Source: Haliotis cracherodii (taxonomy: Eukaryota). Taken from it: 64,000 nt of DNA. A model generated the notes under the pieces. It worked only from the letters and a program-made list of their open reading frames with translations, did not search any database and was not told where the DNA came from. The position numbers and the translations under genes are program-made. The stretch lies in assembly GCF_022045235.1 (NCBI RefSeq), contig NW_027266275.1:53010001-53074000 (forward strand). The letters run 5' to 3'. Positions 37,805 through 50,692 of the stretch are shown here, piece after piece (position 1 is the first letter of the stretch; the number at the start of each line of letters is the position of its first letter).

Positions 37805-37916
37805 GTGAATGTAAAGACTTCATGTTCAAGTATATGAGATGCCTGAGGATAAACAAGCACGCAAATTCCGAATGTAGAGATGAATCAAAAGATTACCTAC
37901 AGTGCCGAATGGACAG
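37805..37916 (+). CDS. COX19: COX19 exon 2 (twin CX9C)
   Basis: tttgtcag acceptor; [37 protein letters not shown] with two CX9C motifs; donor gtatga; phases match exons 1 and 3. Confidence 0.95.
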
Positions 37917-38382
37917 GTATGAGACTTATATTTATCTAATGATCTTAGCCAGAGCAATTTATTCTCATGTTATACAAATTAGTCTGCTCTAAAGTTTGCA
38001 AAGTTGACCTCCTAAAGACCGCTATTTTTGATGGAAAATTAGCTTATTTGGATCTTCTTCTTGCTTATATTTATTTATCTTTGATTTCCAAGATATATTT
38101 TGGGTTGGTTTTTTTTGTATGAAATTAACCTAAATCAGAATAGCAACACTGGCAAATTATCACCTGGATTGACTAAATACTGGCCTCTCCAGTCAAGGCA
38201 TTGTTAGAGTGAGCATCAGTAGCTGTTATTGAAAATGGAAGTGTTCGACCAATGGATGTCAACAACACAGATTAATCTTGGTCCATCTTTTAATGGAGTA
38301 ATAGTCCAGGAGTAATAAATGGGGTTCCAAGGCTGACGATATGAGGCAATTTAATGATTCTAACAGTGATGCCTTTTTGCTA

Positions 38383-38868
38383 CCGTATATGACCGCGAAT
38401 AAGCCGACCCCGTAGATATGCCGAGGTGTTAACTTGACCATTGAAATACGAATGAAAATTATATGACCCGCAGATTGGCGATTTCATCTATAGATTATAT
38501 ATTATAGCTGTGGATAACATATATTGTTACATGGAAAGATTGTGGAGTTTATGAAGAACGATAAACTTTGAACATTTAATTGAAAACTTATTATGGGAAG
38601 TAGTAACGTGCATAACATTTTTTTGATAATAACAACATTGGTGTATAATAACTTTATTGATTATTTATAACAATAATGGCTCTAGTCGTGGCAACATCCA
38701 AACTTTCGGGAAGTTGTAATCTATTGGACCGTCATTCAGGCGATGTTTCTGACAGATCACAATCTGAAAAATACTATCACGAAAGTGTATCCCGTGGATA
38801 AGCCGACTCCTTTCTTCAGAATCTCTTTTCTGCTCCTCAAAACTCGGCTTATACGCAGTCATATACGG
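38383..38868. mobile_element. pogo/Tigger-like non-autonomous transposon in COX19 intron 2
   Basis: TIRs CCGTATATGACCGCGAATAAGCCGA / TCGGCTTATACGCAGTCATATACGG flanked by TA. Confidence 0.85.
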
Positions 38869-39008
38869 TACCCAGAGCACTTGCAGTGTTAATTATTTGT
38901 GCCATTCTCAATTTGTACGTGTGTAGGATGCAATATTTGGTATCCAGGAAACCCTGCAACAGTCATAAGCAAAACAGTCACCTGCTGTCTCGTGATCCAC
39001 TTTTTCAG

Positions 39009-39081
39009 GAACTTGATGACCAAGGAAAGTTGGGACAAGCTGGGATACACTACAGATTCACCGAAGGATACACATTCATGA
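39009..39081 (+). CDS. COX19: COX19 exon 3 (C-terminus)
   Basis: ttttttcag acceptor; NLMTKESWDKLGYTTDSPKDTHS* matches the COX19 LMxxExWxxLG pattern; joined CDS is 87 aa. Confidence 0.92.
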
Positions 39082-42000
39082 CAGATGTGAAATTTGCACA
39101 TAGACTTTATCAGATGGTCAAAATTCCTGAATATATTACGCGAGACATAGGATGCAACTAAACTCTTACATCAGATTCCAGTGTCTGAAACATATATCTG
39201 ATACACAGTTTCCCACATGTTGGAGAGGGATTAGAATTTACCTCGGTCTGTTTGGCAGTCCAGAGGACTTAGTACCAAGTTTGGGGGCCCTAGCTCTGAT
39301 TACAATCGACAAATATGATGTTTTAATCGAAACTGGGTGATTGAGAAAAAATCTAACATGAACTGTCCAAAATTTGATTGTATTTTGTAAATCATGTTAA
39401 ATTTCTAAAGTGTATGCTACAATTGAATTAATTGCAAAGATTCAAATTGACATACAGTTTTATTGCCATAGGACTAGCAGTGCATATTGTGTCAGGGTGG
39501 CCTCTTCTTTTTTGGCTTTTGAGGGGACAGTTTCTGTAACTCTAGGTTGAAATTCAATTTGAGCATTTCAGACCTGTATACATTCTCCATTCTCAGTGTT
39601 TATCACATAAACCATGGATGTAATTAAATAATTTTGAGAGCAGAAAAGGTATTTGTTGAAGATGTCTGATGGTTTGCTGTGGGGTTATGTAGAGGGGAAT
39701 GTTTGAGTAACCATGGTAACTCTCCATTCCTTAAAATTAATGGAGCCAAGGCCCATTATTTTAAAGGAATGGAGAGTTAAGAGGATATTCCCCTACTTTA
39801 CACTTTTACAAGACATTCTCTTGTGCAAAACATATGAAAAATAAACCAGAACTCTCTGTAGACTGTATTTATACTGTGTAAGTCGCCTTTGCATGATGAA
39901 CGAGGAATACATTCTCTGCCACTGTTGCGCATGCGATGCACCAAGCTCCATCGAGAGCTGATATTTACAGTGCATGGTATACAGCTCTTAATAATTTCGT
40001 AGGGTCCTGTACTGGTATTGTATCAATCACTTGCACGTTGCAAATACATGCTGACTGGGATTTTATCAATTGTAGATCACTGAACATGCTGAACAAGGAT
40101 ATATATGTTCACCTGAATATTTTTCCCGTCAGGGGTTTATTGAATTGCTCTATTAAATATGAACATTGTTATAAGCACCCTGCTGTAACACAAGAGTATG
40201 TACATATTTGTTTTAGCAATTAGGGAGTATGCAAATTTTTGAAAATATATAATAGTTAATTTCACACCATACTGTCATCTGTCGCCATAGCTGAGGTCGA
40301 CAATTAGACATCCTCATATCAAAAGACACATATTTTCCAACAAAATTTGAATTCATTCACTTGTATATTTATATAAAAAATAGTTCCGTCTATTCAAAGT
40401 GTACATTATTTGAAATGTTGGGTCAAGATAATGTATAATTGACAAACAATTATTTGAATTGTTTCCATTCCTGAAACCTAATAGAGCGTTTAAACAATAG
40501 AATGATGTCACAGATGTTTGGGATACTCAAAGGAATTGATAATAATCCTTCCTTAATTTAGGTATAATATAATATCAAAATGTTTGAAGAACAGCACATA
40601 CATACAAATCTAGTGCTGAGGTATTCATGCACTCACTTATTTGAGATTTTTTGCTTGTTAGATGAAATGTTTGTTATTCATTAACTCACATTGACAACGT
40701 TGTACTGGTTTTAGTAAACAGTCAATTCAAATGGAAAGGCAATGGAAGATTTGGATATAATACACCACACCAAAAAGATCATGTAGCCACTGGAACATTT
40801 TGTTTGTAAATTCAGAGGTATTCCATAAGATTCTTCTGTATTATGACAATGAACTGAAGTTTGCCTCTTTTTTAAAAAAACATTAAGGGGCCACCATGAT
40901 ATGACTTTGAAATAGAGTGAAATTATCTAAATACCGAATGAAGTTTTTCACAATCTAAAATAATAATATGTTTATCAAGTGAAGTCGTTTAGTTTTTATA
41001 TCTATAAACATTAATACATTATTTTCGTACATCCTTTCTTTTGAAGAATATATCAGTTCAAGATATCAAATATTGGAAGTTGGCCTTTTGAAAACATAAG
41101 AGCAAATTATCCATTCATCCATTGAAGGTGAGCTTCTGTACCCGTGCTCTGGTTGATGTATGGATCCTTTCAGGTCCATTGATCCCATTTGCGTGGATCG
41201 ATGCTCACAATACCAATCACTGGATTGTCTGGTCCAGACTCCATTATTTACATACCGCCTTCATATAGCTGAGTGCGGCGTAAAATAACAAACCAAACCA
41301 GAACCTTTCAGGTAAGTTGAATGGATCAAGAAGTCTCAGCTCTTTAATTTTAATGTGATCTGAAAAGTGTGCAAACATAAACTTTGCTGTGTGTGACATG
41401 TAACAATCGTGAGCCCTACAGCACAGAATATGTAATATGCATCAGCAAAAGTGTTCTTGATCTTTATTTGACCTTTTATGAATTCGTAGACACATACGGA
41501 CAATTAGTCTTGCTCGTTTTCATCTTTCATGGATTGGTTCTAATGTTAATGTCACTCACTGGGCATGTGTGCTGTAATCTATATAGCAGTATGCTGTTTG
41601 ACTATTCAGCATGTTCAGATGAAATGCAAAGTGTATTTTCTCATATGAATAATAAATTTCATAAGAAGTATACAATATGCAGCTGATTTTGTCAAACTAA
41701 TGCCTGTTATGTAAGACAATCATAAAACTACAGGGGACATGCATACATGTTTACTTGCAATCTAAGACCACAGCATGGAGTTGGTCAGAAGGTAATGGCA
41801 GCCATGAAGTATGAGGATGTACAACAGCGGAGAAGCAACAAATGATGTGATGCATAGTCTTCCCATCCTGTGGAGCAAGTGCTGGATAGTCTGGATCACA
41901 ATAGTAACCCATGTGGATCGTGAAAGCTAGCTAAAATGAGTATTCAATGGTCACACTCGTACATCACGATCATGGATCATTACTCATGCTATTCAGTATT

Positions 42001-42384
42001 GACCACCAGTCAGCTTTGCCAAGACATAATTATTTACTGACCACCATAGCTTCATTTAGTTGTGTAAAATGACATTCACTCACTCAAGGGGATCACCAGT
42101 TGATGGTGGATGGGTTAAGCACATTATAAAGTTTGGCTTTACTGATCAATTTATTGAGAACAAGGATCACAAACAAAGCAGTTTCTCCCAAGATGTGGAA
42201 CAGATGGTGATTTCACTATTTAATTGTGATCATCAGATAATTATTATACGCTTCGAGGTATTGTATTTAATTCATTAATACATTAATGCCTACGGTATTT
42301 CATATTCTTCAACAGTATTTCACCATAAAAGGTAACCTGGATATGAGCGGATAAATTAGTACCTACCATTTTCCTTAAAAACTG

Positions 42385-42655
42385 GACCTGTGAAGATCAG
42401 GAGTAGAATAGGTCTTCAGCAACCCATTCTTGCCATAGAAGGCGACTATGCTTGTCGTAAGAGGCGACTAACGGGAACGAGTGGTCAGGCTCGCTGACTT
42501 GGTTGAAGCATGTCATCGATCCCAATTGCATGGATCAATGCTCATTATATCAATCGCTGGATTGTCTGGTCCCGAATTTGATTATTTACAGACTGCGACA
42601 TATAGCTGGAATATTGCTGAGTGCGGCGTGAAACAACAAACAAACGAAACAAATA
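42385..42655 (+). mobile_element. Retroposon family A copy
   Basis: Full-length match to the family A consensus. Confidence 0.9.
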
Positions 42656-44244
42656 GGAGCAATGGAGGTGTTGATGCTATTTCTGAAATGAACCTACATT
42701 GGATAATGGGTCCAGGGTGTTTATCATAACACAACAAGCAATAAAACAACAAACCAACCAACCAAGTTCACATACTGTCTGTACTTATAAGCCTGGCATT
42801 AGGTTCAAATGCTGCTTAAAGAGTGGCAGAGCAGATGGAGGGTTTGTTTGATCTTGATGAAGAGATGTATTCAAAGCACAGTGAAAGATCTGAGTGTCTC
42901 AATACTGAGTTTGTTGCATATTTGTTCCCAAACACTCATTTCATTCACTGACATACTGTAGCCAGTTCCCCAAACTTGGGAGAAGGTGTTGTTTGTTTGC
43001 AATATTCCAGCCATATGATGGCAGTCTAAATAATCAAATCTGGACCAGACAATCCAGTGACCTTACATCATGCACATAGATTTACGCAATTGGGATATGA
43101 TGACATAGATCAACCAAGTCAGCGAGTCTGACCACCCAATCCTGTGAGGAGCCTCTTACGGCAAGTGTGGGTTGCTGAAGACAAATTCTGACCTGGAATC
43201 TTCACGCTACTGTGGTGAAGGTATATGTTTGTAACTTCAATATGTGGCTTGTCTGGAAGTCGCATCATCTAAATTAAGACCAGAGCAGTCTCGAAAGTAA
43301 AGTTACTTTAATTTGAGAGTTAGTGGAAAATTTATTCACAACTCTGATAAAGCCTCCTTTTAATGAGCCTGAAAGCACACTGTCCTTTCTTCTGTTACAC
43401 AATTGACACCACATTGAATATATTATTTTTGTCAACTCCACTGCAGGATAGACCAGCTACTACACATGCACTAAGAGTGATCTCTTTCTTTGAAGGAATG
43501 AGTAGGGTTCAGTTCTGCTCTGAACACGGTCTGCTGGTCGATGAACAGTTTCTCATTCATCACTCAGGGTGCACACTATATATACTCAAGTCTCAATGCA
43601 TGAAACTAAACAGATACACATAACAGGCTGTCATGTAAAGTGTCTGAAAGTAAGGGAGGGTGAGCATATGTGGCACACACACCCACCTCCCCTCTTGATC
43701 TCTCACAAAGGTGTTCACATAATTCCATCACAACCACCATCTTCTAGCGCTGCCTCCAACCATTCTAGGGATGTCACAATACAGGTGTCACATGATACGA
43801 TACATATTTCATACACAAAATATTCCAGCAATTTTTAGTCCACAGACTCGCACATAAAGGTAAAGGAGGACAACTGACTTATACCCATCAACATGGCACT
43901 GAGTCAAGTCAACTATTCTGTGTGAGAAAATAATAAGAAACAAACAAGTATACGTACTGTATTATGACAGGCAGCAAGGATTGTCATGGGGCCTGTTTTG
44001 TATCCGAAAGACGACTAAGAAAGTTTTGAGGAATTATAAAATACTTTGTACTTGCTTATTGATATCGATGCGAGATAAACAAGGTCAATCGATATGGGGT
44101 TTAATTTGGATTGATGCCAAATTAAGTATATTGGGTTTTGTATCATGCAAAGTTTGCCAACAATGCACCAGTGAATAGCGACATCGCTAAGGCATTCACA
44201 AAATTTTACACACATACACCAGGAACAGCACATCAAGATGGTGA

Positions 44245-44676
44245 TCACAATGGCAGTTTATGACTCCTCAGTACTATCAGCTTGTAGAAAGCCACTCCCA
44301 GCAGCAGTGAGTTGGCATACTTCTCCTTCTGTACATTGTTGAGATTCTTAAACGTGTCCCAGCGAGCATGTGGGATGTCCACATCCATCGCCACATCCGA
44401 CTGCATTCTCTGAATGTCCTGCAGAACGTGCTGACCGCTTACCCTCTCCCCACCCACTGACAGACCGAAGAACTGACTGACCAGGGTTGGTGCTACCATG
44501 TATATCTTGTGGTCCCCACTTGATTCAAAGTCTCTGTTTAGGAGAGTGAAGAGCATTGCATCTAAAATCTTCATGTTGAAAAGGAAAGGCACCATGCGGG
44601 GATTGATGTTACGGAAAACCTTTCTTTCCATCACATATATGTCTGCTTCCGGAAGTTTGTCTTTTACTAAGAGCAA
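44245..44676 (-). CDS. TEFM: TEFM exon 4 (C-terminal domain)
   Basis: LPEADIYVME...LDAMLFTLLN...VSQFFGLSVGGERVSGQ...EKYANSLLLGVAFY matches the TEFM C-terminal motifs; joined CDS about 347 aa. Confidence 0.88.
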   Translation of the reverse strand: MLLVKDKLPEADIYVMERKVFRNINPRMVPFLFNMKILDAMLFTLLNRDFESSGDHKIYMVAPTLVSQFFGLSVGGERVSGQHVLQDIQRMQSDVAMDVDIPHARWDTFKNLNNVQKEKYANSLLLGVAFYKLIVLRSHKLPL

Positions 44677-45180
44677 CTGAAAATATAGTCAGGTGAATAA
44701 TTTTAGTTTAAAGCATGTTTTTCTTTATGTCTTGTTTCACAAATCCGAAAACGTAAACACGTTGAAATGTATTACATTTGTTTCCATTTCTCATTTGAGC
44801 ACTGAACTGGTGGTTTTTGAAAGTACAAGAACCAAGGCCCTATTTTTAACTGTAGAACAAAAGGTATGAACAGCATTAAAATCACTAAACAATCAAAAAC
44901 CCTTTGAAAGTTTGGTCACTTTACATGCTTTAGCTGTAAAATGTGGCATAAAGCAACATTTAGTGAATACAGTGCATGCACTCAAATAATTTAAGTGCTG
45001 GATATTCTAAGTGTTTTACCCTGTTCATATCTTAATAAATCTTAGCAAAGGCTCCACATACAACCAAAAAGTATTTGTCCTGATCAATGACATTCAATAG
45101 GTGATATTGTGTTGAGTTTTCATATTGATAGGTGTACATCTGTAAATCACCATGGTGACAGAAACTTTCTTGATCCTCAC

Positions 45181-45330
45181 CTTCTCCAAGAACTGATGGA
45201 GATCAAGTTTCAGATACACTTTATCGAAGAGGCTGATGTGATCCCAGCCTTCCACACGCAAGTTGCGATCTATCTTGGTCCATGTGATGCCATCGAGTTG
45301 AGCGTCCAGTGTCACGAGAGTCCTCACATT
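45181..45330 (-). CDS. TEFM: TEFM exon 3 (start of RNase H-fold/pseudonuclease domain)
   Basis: NVRTLVTLDAQLDGITWTKIDRNLRVEGW, comparable to the TEFM IVSIxxGxxxIAWAHLDRxLxVxDW pattern; AG/GT bounded, 150 nt. Confidence 0.85.
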
Positions 45331-45866
45331 CTACAATCATAGCATGCCAGCTACAGTCAAGGGGATCACTGAGGCACCAAGAACACATGTCTGGTCTCCT
45401 CACAAACCCTAATCTAGAGACCCTGACCCAAACTGCATTTCCTTGTTTTTCTAAAGTTCACCATAGCTTTTATCACCATCCATATTTTATGCCATTTTTA
45501 AATGTATATCTGTTGCTCTTCACTGTTGTTAAACCAGTCATTTACAGAATAACAAAGTAACTTGCCTACCCCATTTTGAGATGGGCTTAAATCTGGAAAT
45601 TGGAAACCCTAATATTTTGGGGGACAACAGACATATCCAAACATCCATTAAAAGTGCTTCCTAATCACACTGATCCTGTCTATGAACAAATTGTAAGTAT
45701 TGATACAACTATTACCCTGAAACTATAATTTCGATAAATTGTTTATTTCCTATTTGAACCATGCTTTCATCATCTTAACTCCAATAATCAAGATCTACTT
45801 ATCTAAAATGCCCCAATGAATTTAACAAGTTTCACTGTATCAACCAAACAAACATAAAACACAAAC

Positions 45867-46232
45867 CTGGCAAGTCCTTTCCGATATATTTGGCTCTGCT
45901 TTTACTCTATCAAAATCTGCCTTAGATGTCTTTTCTTGAAGTGTTTCATAATCCAAAGTACGGAGAACATTACAAATCTTTTGGATTCCTAAAATGCCGA
46001 CTCCGGGTACAAGTAAAATATCAGATAATGTCTGGAAGTTGCCGTTGTCCTTTCTGTGCTTGACAATGGAGGAAGCTTTGTGATGGTTCAGCTGCCTTGT
46101 ATGCTGCAACTCATACTCGTTACATCGGTTGAATGTGTCAAGGATCTTCTCTTTCTCTGCATCAGAGTACAGGGTATCAAGAATACTTGCATCTTTGTGG
46201 AATGTCTTCTGAGCAAAACATCTACGGAGAAC
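45867..46232 (-). CDS. TEFM: TEFM exon 2 (helix-hairpin-helix region)
   Basis: LYSDAEKEKILDTFN...ASSIVKHRKDNGNFQTLSDILLVPGVG, a (HhH)2 signature as in TEFM; ttccag acceptor and GT donor, 366 nt, phase 0. Confidence 0.85.
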
Positions 46233-46795
46233 CTGGAACAAGAGTCATTAGGTATGAGAGAGAATGTTATTTTAGGTGAATCAACATTGTCAGCTCTATT
46301 CAAGCTGCTATTACAGCCTTGAAATAATCATGTTTTGGCCAGGTAAACCAATGGTTGATAGTATAAGTAACATTTCATACCATCAAGGAACAATGTTGCA
46401 CTATCAACCAGGACACATACTGCAACCACCCAATCCTCACAGGGCGTGGTGCATTCATACTGGAGACATACTGTGTCTAGGTCACGTATGAAGCTTAAAG
46501 AGGGTCTGAATAAAAAAATATATTGCTGTAAAGCTCATTGATCTACCAGAGATGTACATGATATATAGATCCCCCTGCCAGAAGTTATATCTCCTTTGTA
46601 TAGCCGCTCAATCCTTTTAATATAAAGTTTGGAGGGGGATACGGGCGGAGTCTTTCCATCAAATTAAAATTAGGGAGTTTACGGCAGTTCAATATCAAAG
46701 ATCTAGTGGATAGCGACACAGGCTTGACATTATGCTATTTCCGAATAGCCTACTGTCATTCACATCAGTACTCTGGAGATTCTACTTACACTCAC

Positions 46796-46891
46796 GTTTG
46801 AAGAAAAGGGTCTATTTCTTCCAACAACAGGTAATCGTAACATCGAGCAAATGCACTGCATTGCCGCATAAAACTTGACACTTGTTAACAT
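46796..46891 (-). CDS. TEFM: TEFM exon 1 (putative mitochondrial presequence)
   Basis: MLTSVKFYAAMQCICSMLRLPVVGRNRPFSSN, R/S-rich with no acidic residues, then GTGAGT donor in phase 0 matching exon 2. Start could also be ATG 46861. Confidence 0.65.
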
Positions 46892-48221
46892 GTGATGCCT
46901 ATTTACGGAAGTGAATTTAAATGGCCCTCTGTAACAGAAGAGTAAAACTGATTATCTCCCTTTGGTTAAATGCTACAAAGGGAAGTTTTATATTTATTAT
47001 GTCTTAGCAATGGTAGTCTAAATGCAGGATGTTACAAGAGCTTCAGTTAACTCTATTACTGTATGCCCCGAGTAAAATTATTTCTTGCTTGCTCGTGGTT
47101 TATCGGTTATGATTCTTCCGAGAAACAAAGTAGGACTGAAAACAGGACAAGTGTGCGGGTCAACGTTAAACATGATAAATCTTAAATGTTAACACAAGCT
47201 ACCGGAAACATATTTGTCAATAAACAAAATAATGATCACAAAATATCGATTTTGGTGTAACGTGAAATGCATGTCAATCCACAACCAATGCACATTCAGC
47301 CCAAGATCGTTGACTCTGCACATTTGGAACATCTACTTGTAACGTTAACGGCTAGTGGGTAACTGGCCATTTTGTAGGCACACAGGAATCACACTGGAAT
47401 GACGTCGACAAATGCCACCAAAGGGGGTTCTTTCACAGCCTACATAGAGGCAAAAGGATGGACCCCATGTAGGGTATGCATCAGTTCATCATCTACTATA
47501 ATAAGATGTGTCACCCCTAGACTTTTCCTCTTTTTTTTCGGGAAAACCTGCTCACATCCCTGGTACTAGACTAACATATAGTCTCTGAAATGAACATATA
47601 GTACAGAATAAATACAGTTGTTCAGTTATCTTAATAAAAATCTAATAAAAACTACCCTGGTACTAGTAAAAAGAGAATATTATAATCGGACAATGTGTGT
47701 TCTTAACATAACATACACATGTAAAATCAACATACTTATGTCGTGTTATCCATTACCTCGTACCGCCTGTAGTTTCAATCTTGTGCTCATCCCCGTTTCA
47801 CGTATCTTACACTAATATATTTATCATATAATGGGTAGGTTTCTCGGCAGGATAAAGCCAACGGATAAAAATGATATCCGTTGGGGGCATATGCGGATAG
47901 AGATGCAAATATCAAAGGTCAAGTAGGGACTACTTTCACTGTTTATAAACAAATATGGCGTCGCCCTCGTCATTCGGCGATCGAGTCAGAATTAAATATC
48001 GTGAATCTGGATAAACTACTGGGATAATTGCTATCATTATCAATAATAATATACTGAAAATCAGTGTCTAAGTCATTTTATAAGTTTTGGCAACTTTGGA
48101 GATATAAATTTCGAAACAATTTTGCGAGGGCATGAGGCCTAGCCAAGCGGGATCAGTAGCCATATCTGTGCTTGTAAATATTTTTCATTTACGTCATTTT
48201 GACATGAAGTGGACACGGAAG

Positions 48222-48474
48222 ACCCAGTCGTCTAATGTGCCGCGATTTGCTGTGCAGAGTTGCGTCCCTTGGACACGCCAGAAACCTATGATTGTGGGTT
48301 CGATTCCCGGTTCGCCCCGATTATGTTTCTAGGTTTGTCAGCACCATACCCGTGCTCGTGGGTTTCACTAAAGTGGTACACGTCTGGGACCTGCATCACT
48401 TCGGGCTTTCCTCCCACATTAAGCTGACACGCCGTGATATAACTGGAATACTGTTAACCCAAACTCACTCACTC
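48222..48474 (+). mobile_element. SINE family C copy
   Basis: Near full-length match to 17133-17413. Confidence 0.88.
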
Positions 48475-50355
48475 ATACAACTGCATTTCATTTAACACTT
48501 CCTAATACTACCAGATATTATGAATTGAAACGTACATGCTCAACTTAGACATACGGTTGTTAAAAGCAGGTATTGCGTTACTTTTGAGTGTCAGTATATT
48601 CAGTTTATTTCAGTGTGTACCAGATAAACACTCAGTCCTGCGCCCCTCATTGTTTACTCTCCCTGTGGTGTTTTATTGCATGATAAACAACTCCCACTCG
48701 TCGTTTATTTACGTTTAGTAACGCTTCTTCTCCCATTTCTGTGTCGGGAAAATAATCGCAGTAACTGACTAGGACGCCAAGTGCATCAGCAACCATCAAC
48801 ACCACACGAATGTGTGTGCTCATTATTCTTGAGCCGTCAAGCCAGACGCTCATTCAAGGGTGAAGGGTGTGGTCTACGTGTTTTCTTAGTATGTCCCCCT
48901 CAAAGGATTGTGATTGTTACCTGGATTGCTTTTTGGATTCAATATAAGAGGAAGCAGGATATGTGGTTGCCACCGTCCCACTTACACTGCAGTGGACGGA
49001 GTTGTGGACTGACTTTCAGCGATTGCGCCGTCGTTGTGTCGGTCACGGAGTGTAAACACAGTATTCTAGTTATCAGCTGGGTACATGATAGTGCCGTCAG
49101 AACATTCAGTGTATTAGTTCGACCGTTCGGTCTCATGATGGGTAGTTCCTGTATTGGGCGTCAACTGTGAGTACATGTGTATTTTAAATATATCTGGGGC
49201 TTCCGTGTCTGCAACAAACACGTGCAACTTCAGCTATATTTAATCATTTGCTATATGTTGAGAGATTTGTCAAAGAATTCGAGGTATTCAAACACGCCGT
49301 GGGGTAGAAAATGGGTTAGCGTACCGGATGACATGGGGGGAGGGGAGGGGAGTAAATTTGAATCAAAGCATGGATTAAGTGTACGACATGACATGGAGTA
49401 AATTTGAATCAAAGCATGGATTAAGTGTACGACATGACATGGGGTAAATGACGGGGTTATATACCGGTAAGAGAGTCAGGGTGTCGTGATTTAACCGACG
49501 CTTTGAACAGTATTTCAGTTTTATCACGGCGCGACAGCTTGATGTGGGAGGGAAGCCCGAATTTATACAGACCCAGCACGCTTACCACTTCGTTGACACG
49601 CACAAACATGTGGGTCGACCAGGCCACCCCGTATACCCGATTGTAATGGTCAGGTGAGATGGGGGTTTAACGTCGCGTTCAAGAATGTTGCACTTATATA
49701 GCGACGTGTATGTACGTGTGAGTATATGTGGCTTCTTGGACTAGTCCAGACTGATGCCGATTTATAGTGCTAGCCCACTGAGATACCATGCCGAAGTTTA
49801 ACATGAATACCCCCCTCAGACTAAGTACCCTGACTCCGATCCGACCAATCCTTGTTTTAGCCCCTAATGCCGAGCGCTAGGTATGGTAACAACAAGTATC
49901 ACCCTTTAACGTATTTTGGTATGAAGCAGCCGGGAATCGAACTCTCGACCTTCCGGTCTCTTGGCGGACGCTTTACCACTAGACCACGGAGGCGGTCTGA
50001 TTTAAATGACAGATAGGGCTGGGAAAGAAAGTTTTTAACGTGGCGTTGACGATGATTTCACCCATGCAACGACGTGTACACACGCGTCTGTGTGGCTTCT
50101 TGGCCGGATTTATGCCGTTTTTTATAGTGATAGCCAACTGAGATACGCCACTGATAACATGGATACCCCACTCAGGCATATATACTGACCCCGAGCGGAA
50201 CAGTCGTTGTATTAAGCCCAGGCAGGGTAACAAGTAACGTCTTTTCACGTATTATGGTATCAGGCGATCAGGGGATCGAACAACCAAGCTTCCGCTCTCT
50301 GAGTAAGCAGGCTATCCACTTCATCACGGGCCATACTGGTCTATACTTGTAATGG

Positions 50356-50615
50356 GACACGTAAAGATCTGGGGTAGAAAAGGTTTAGCAACCCATGCTT
50401 GCCGTAAAAAGCGACTGATTGTCATAAGAGGCGACTAATGGGATCAAGTTGCCAGACTCGCTGCCTAGGTTGATGTATGTCATCGTATCCCAATTGCGTG
50501 GATGGATGCTCATAATGTCAATCACTTAATTGTCTGGGCCAGACTCGATTATTTACAGACCGCCGTCATATAGCTGGAATATTGCTGAGTGCGGCGTTTA
50601 ACAACAAACAAAGCA
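50356..50615 (+). mobile_element. Retroposon family A copy immediately upstream of fucosyltransferase 1
   Basis: Full-length match; supplies the spurious first codons of ORF 50582. Confidence 0.9.
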
Positions 50616-50692
50616 AAAAATGGATGGTAATGGATGTTCCCCCCTGTCATTACATCCGATCGTATCTAACATGTCTGTTGGTATATCAATCC

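Noticed and set aside
36515-46891. COX19 and TEFM adjacency as a mitochondrial gene cluster
   Set aside because: Convergent orientation with separate promoters; two genes are not evidence of co-regulation without synteny data.
49350-49441. 46-bp exact tandem duplication (similar 39-bp one at 15441-15507)
   Set aside because: Ordinary slippage duplication with no further structure.
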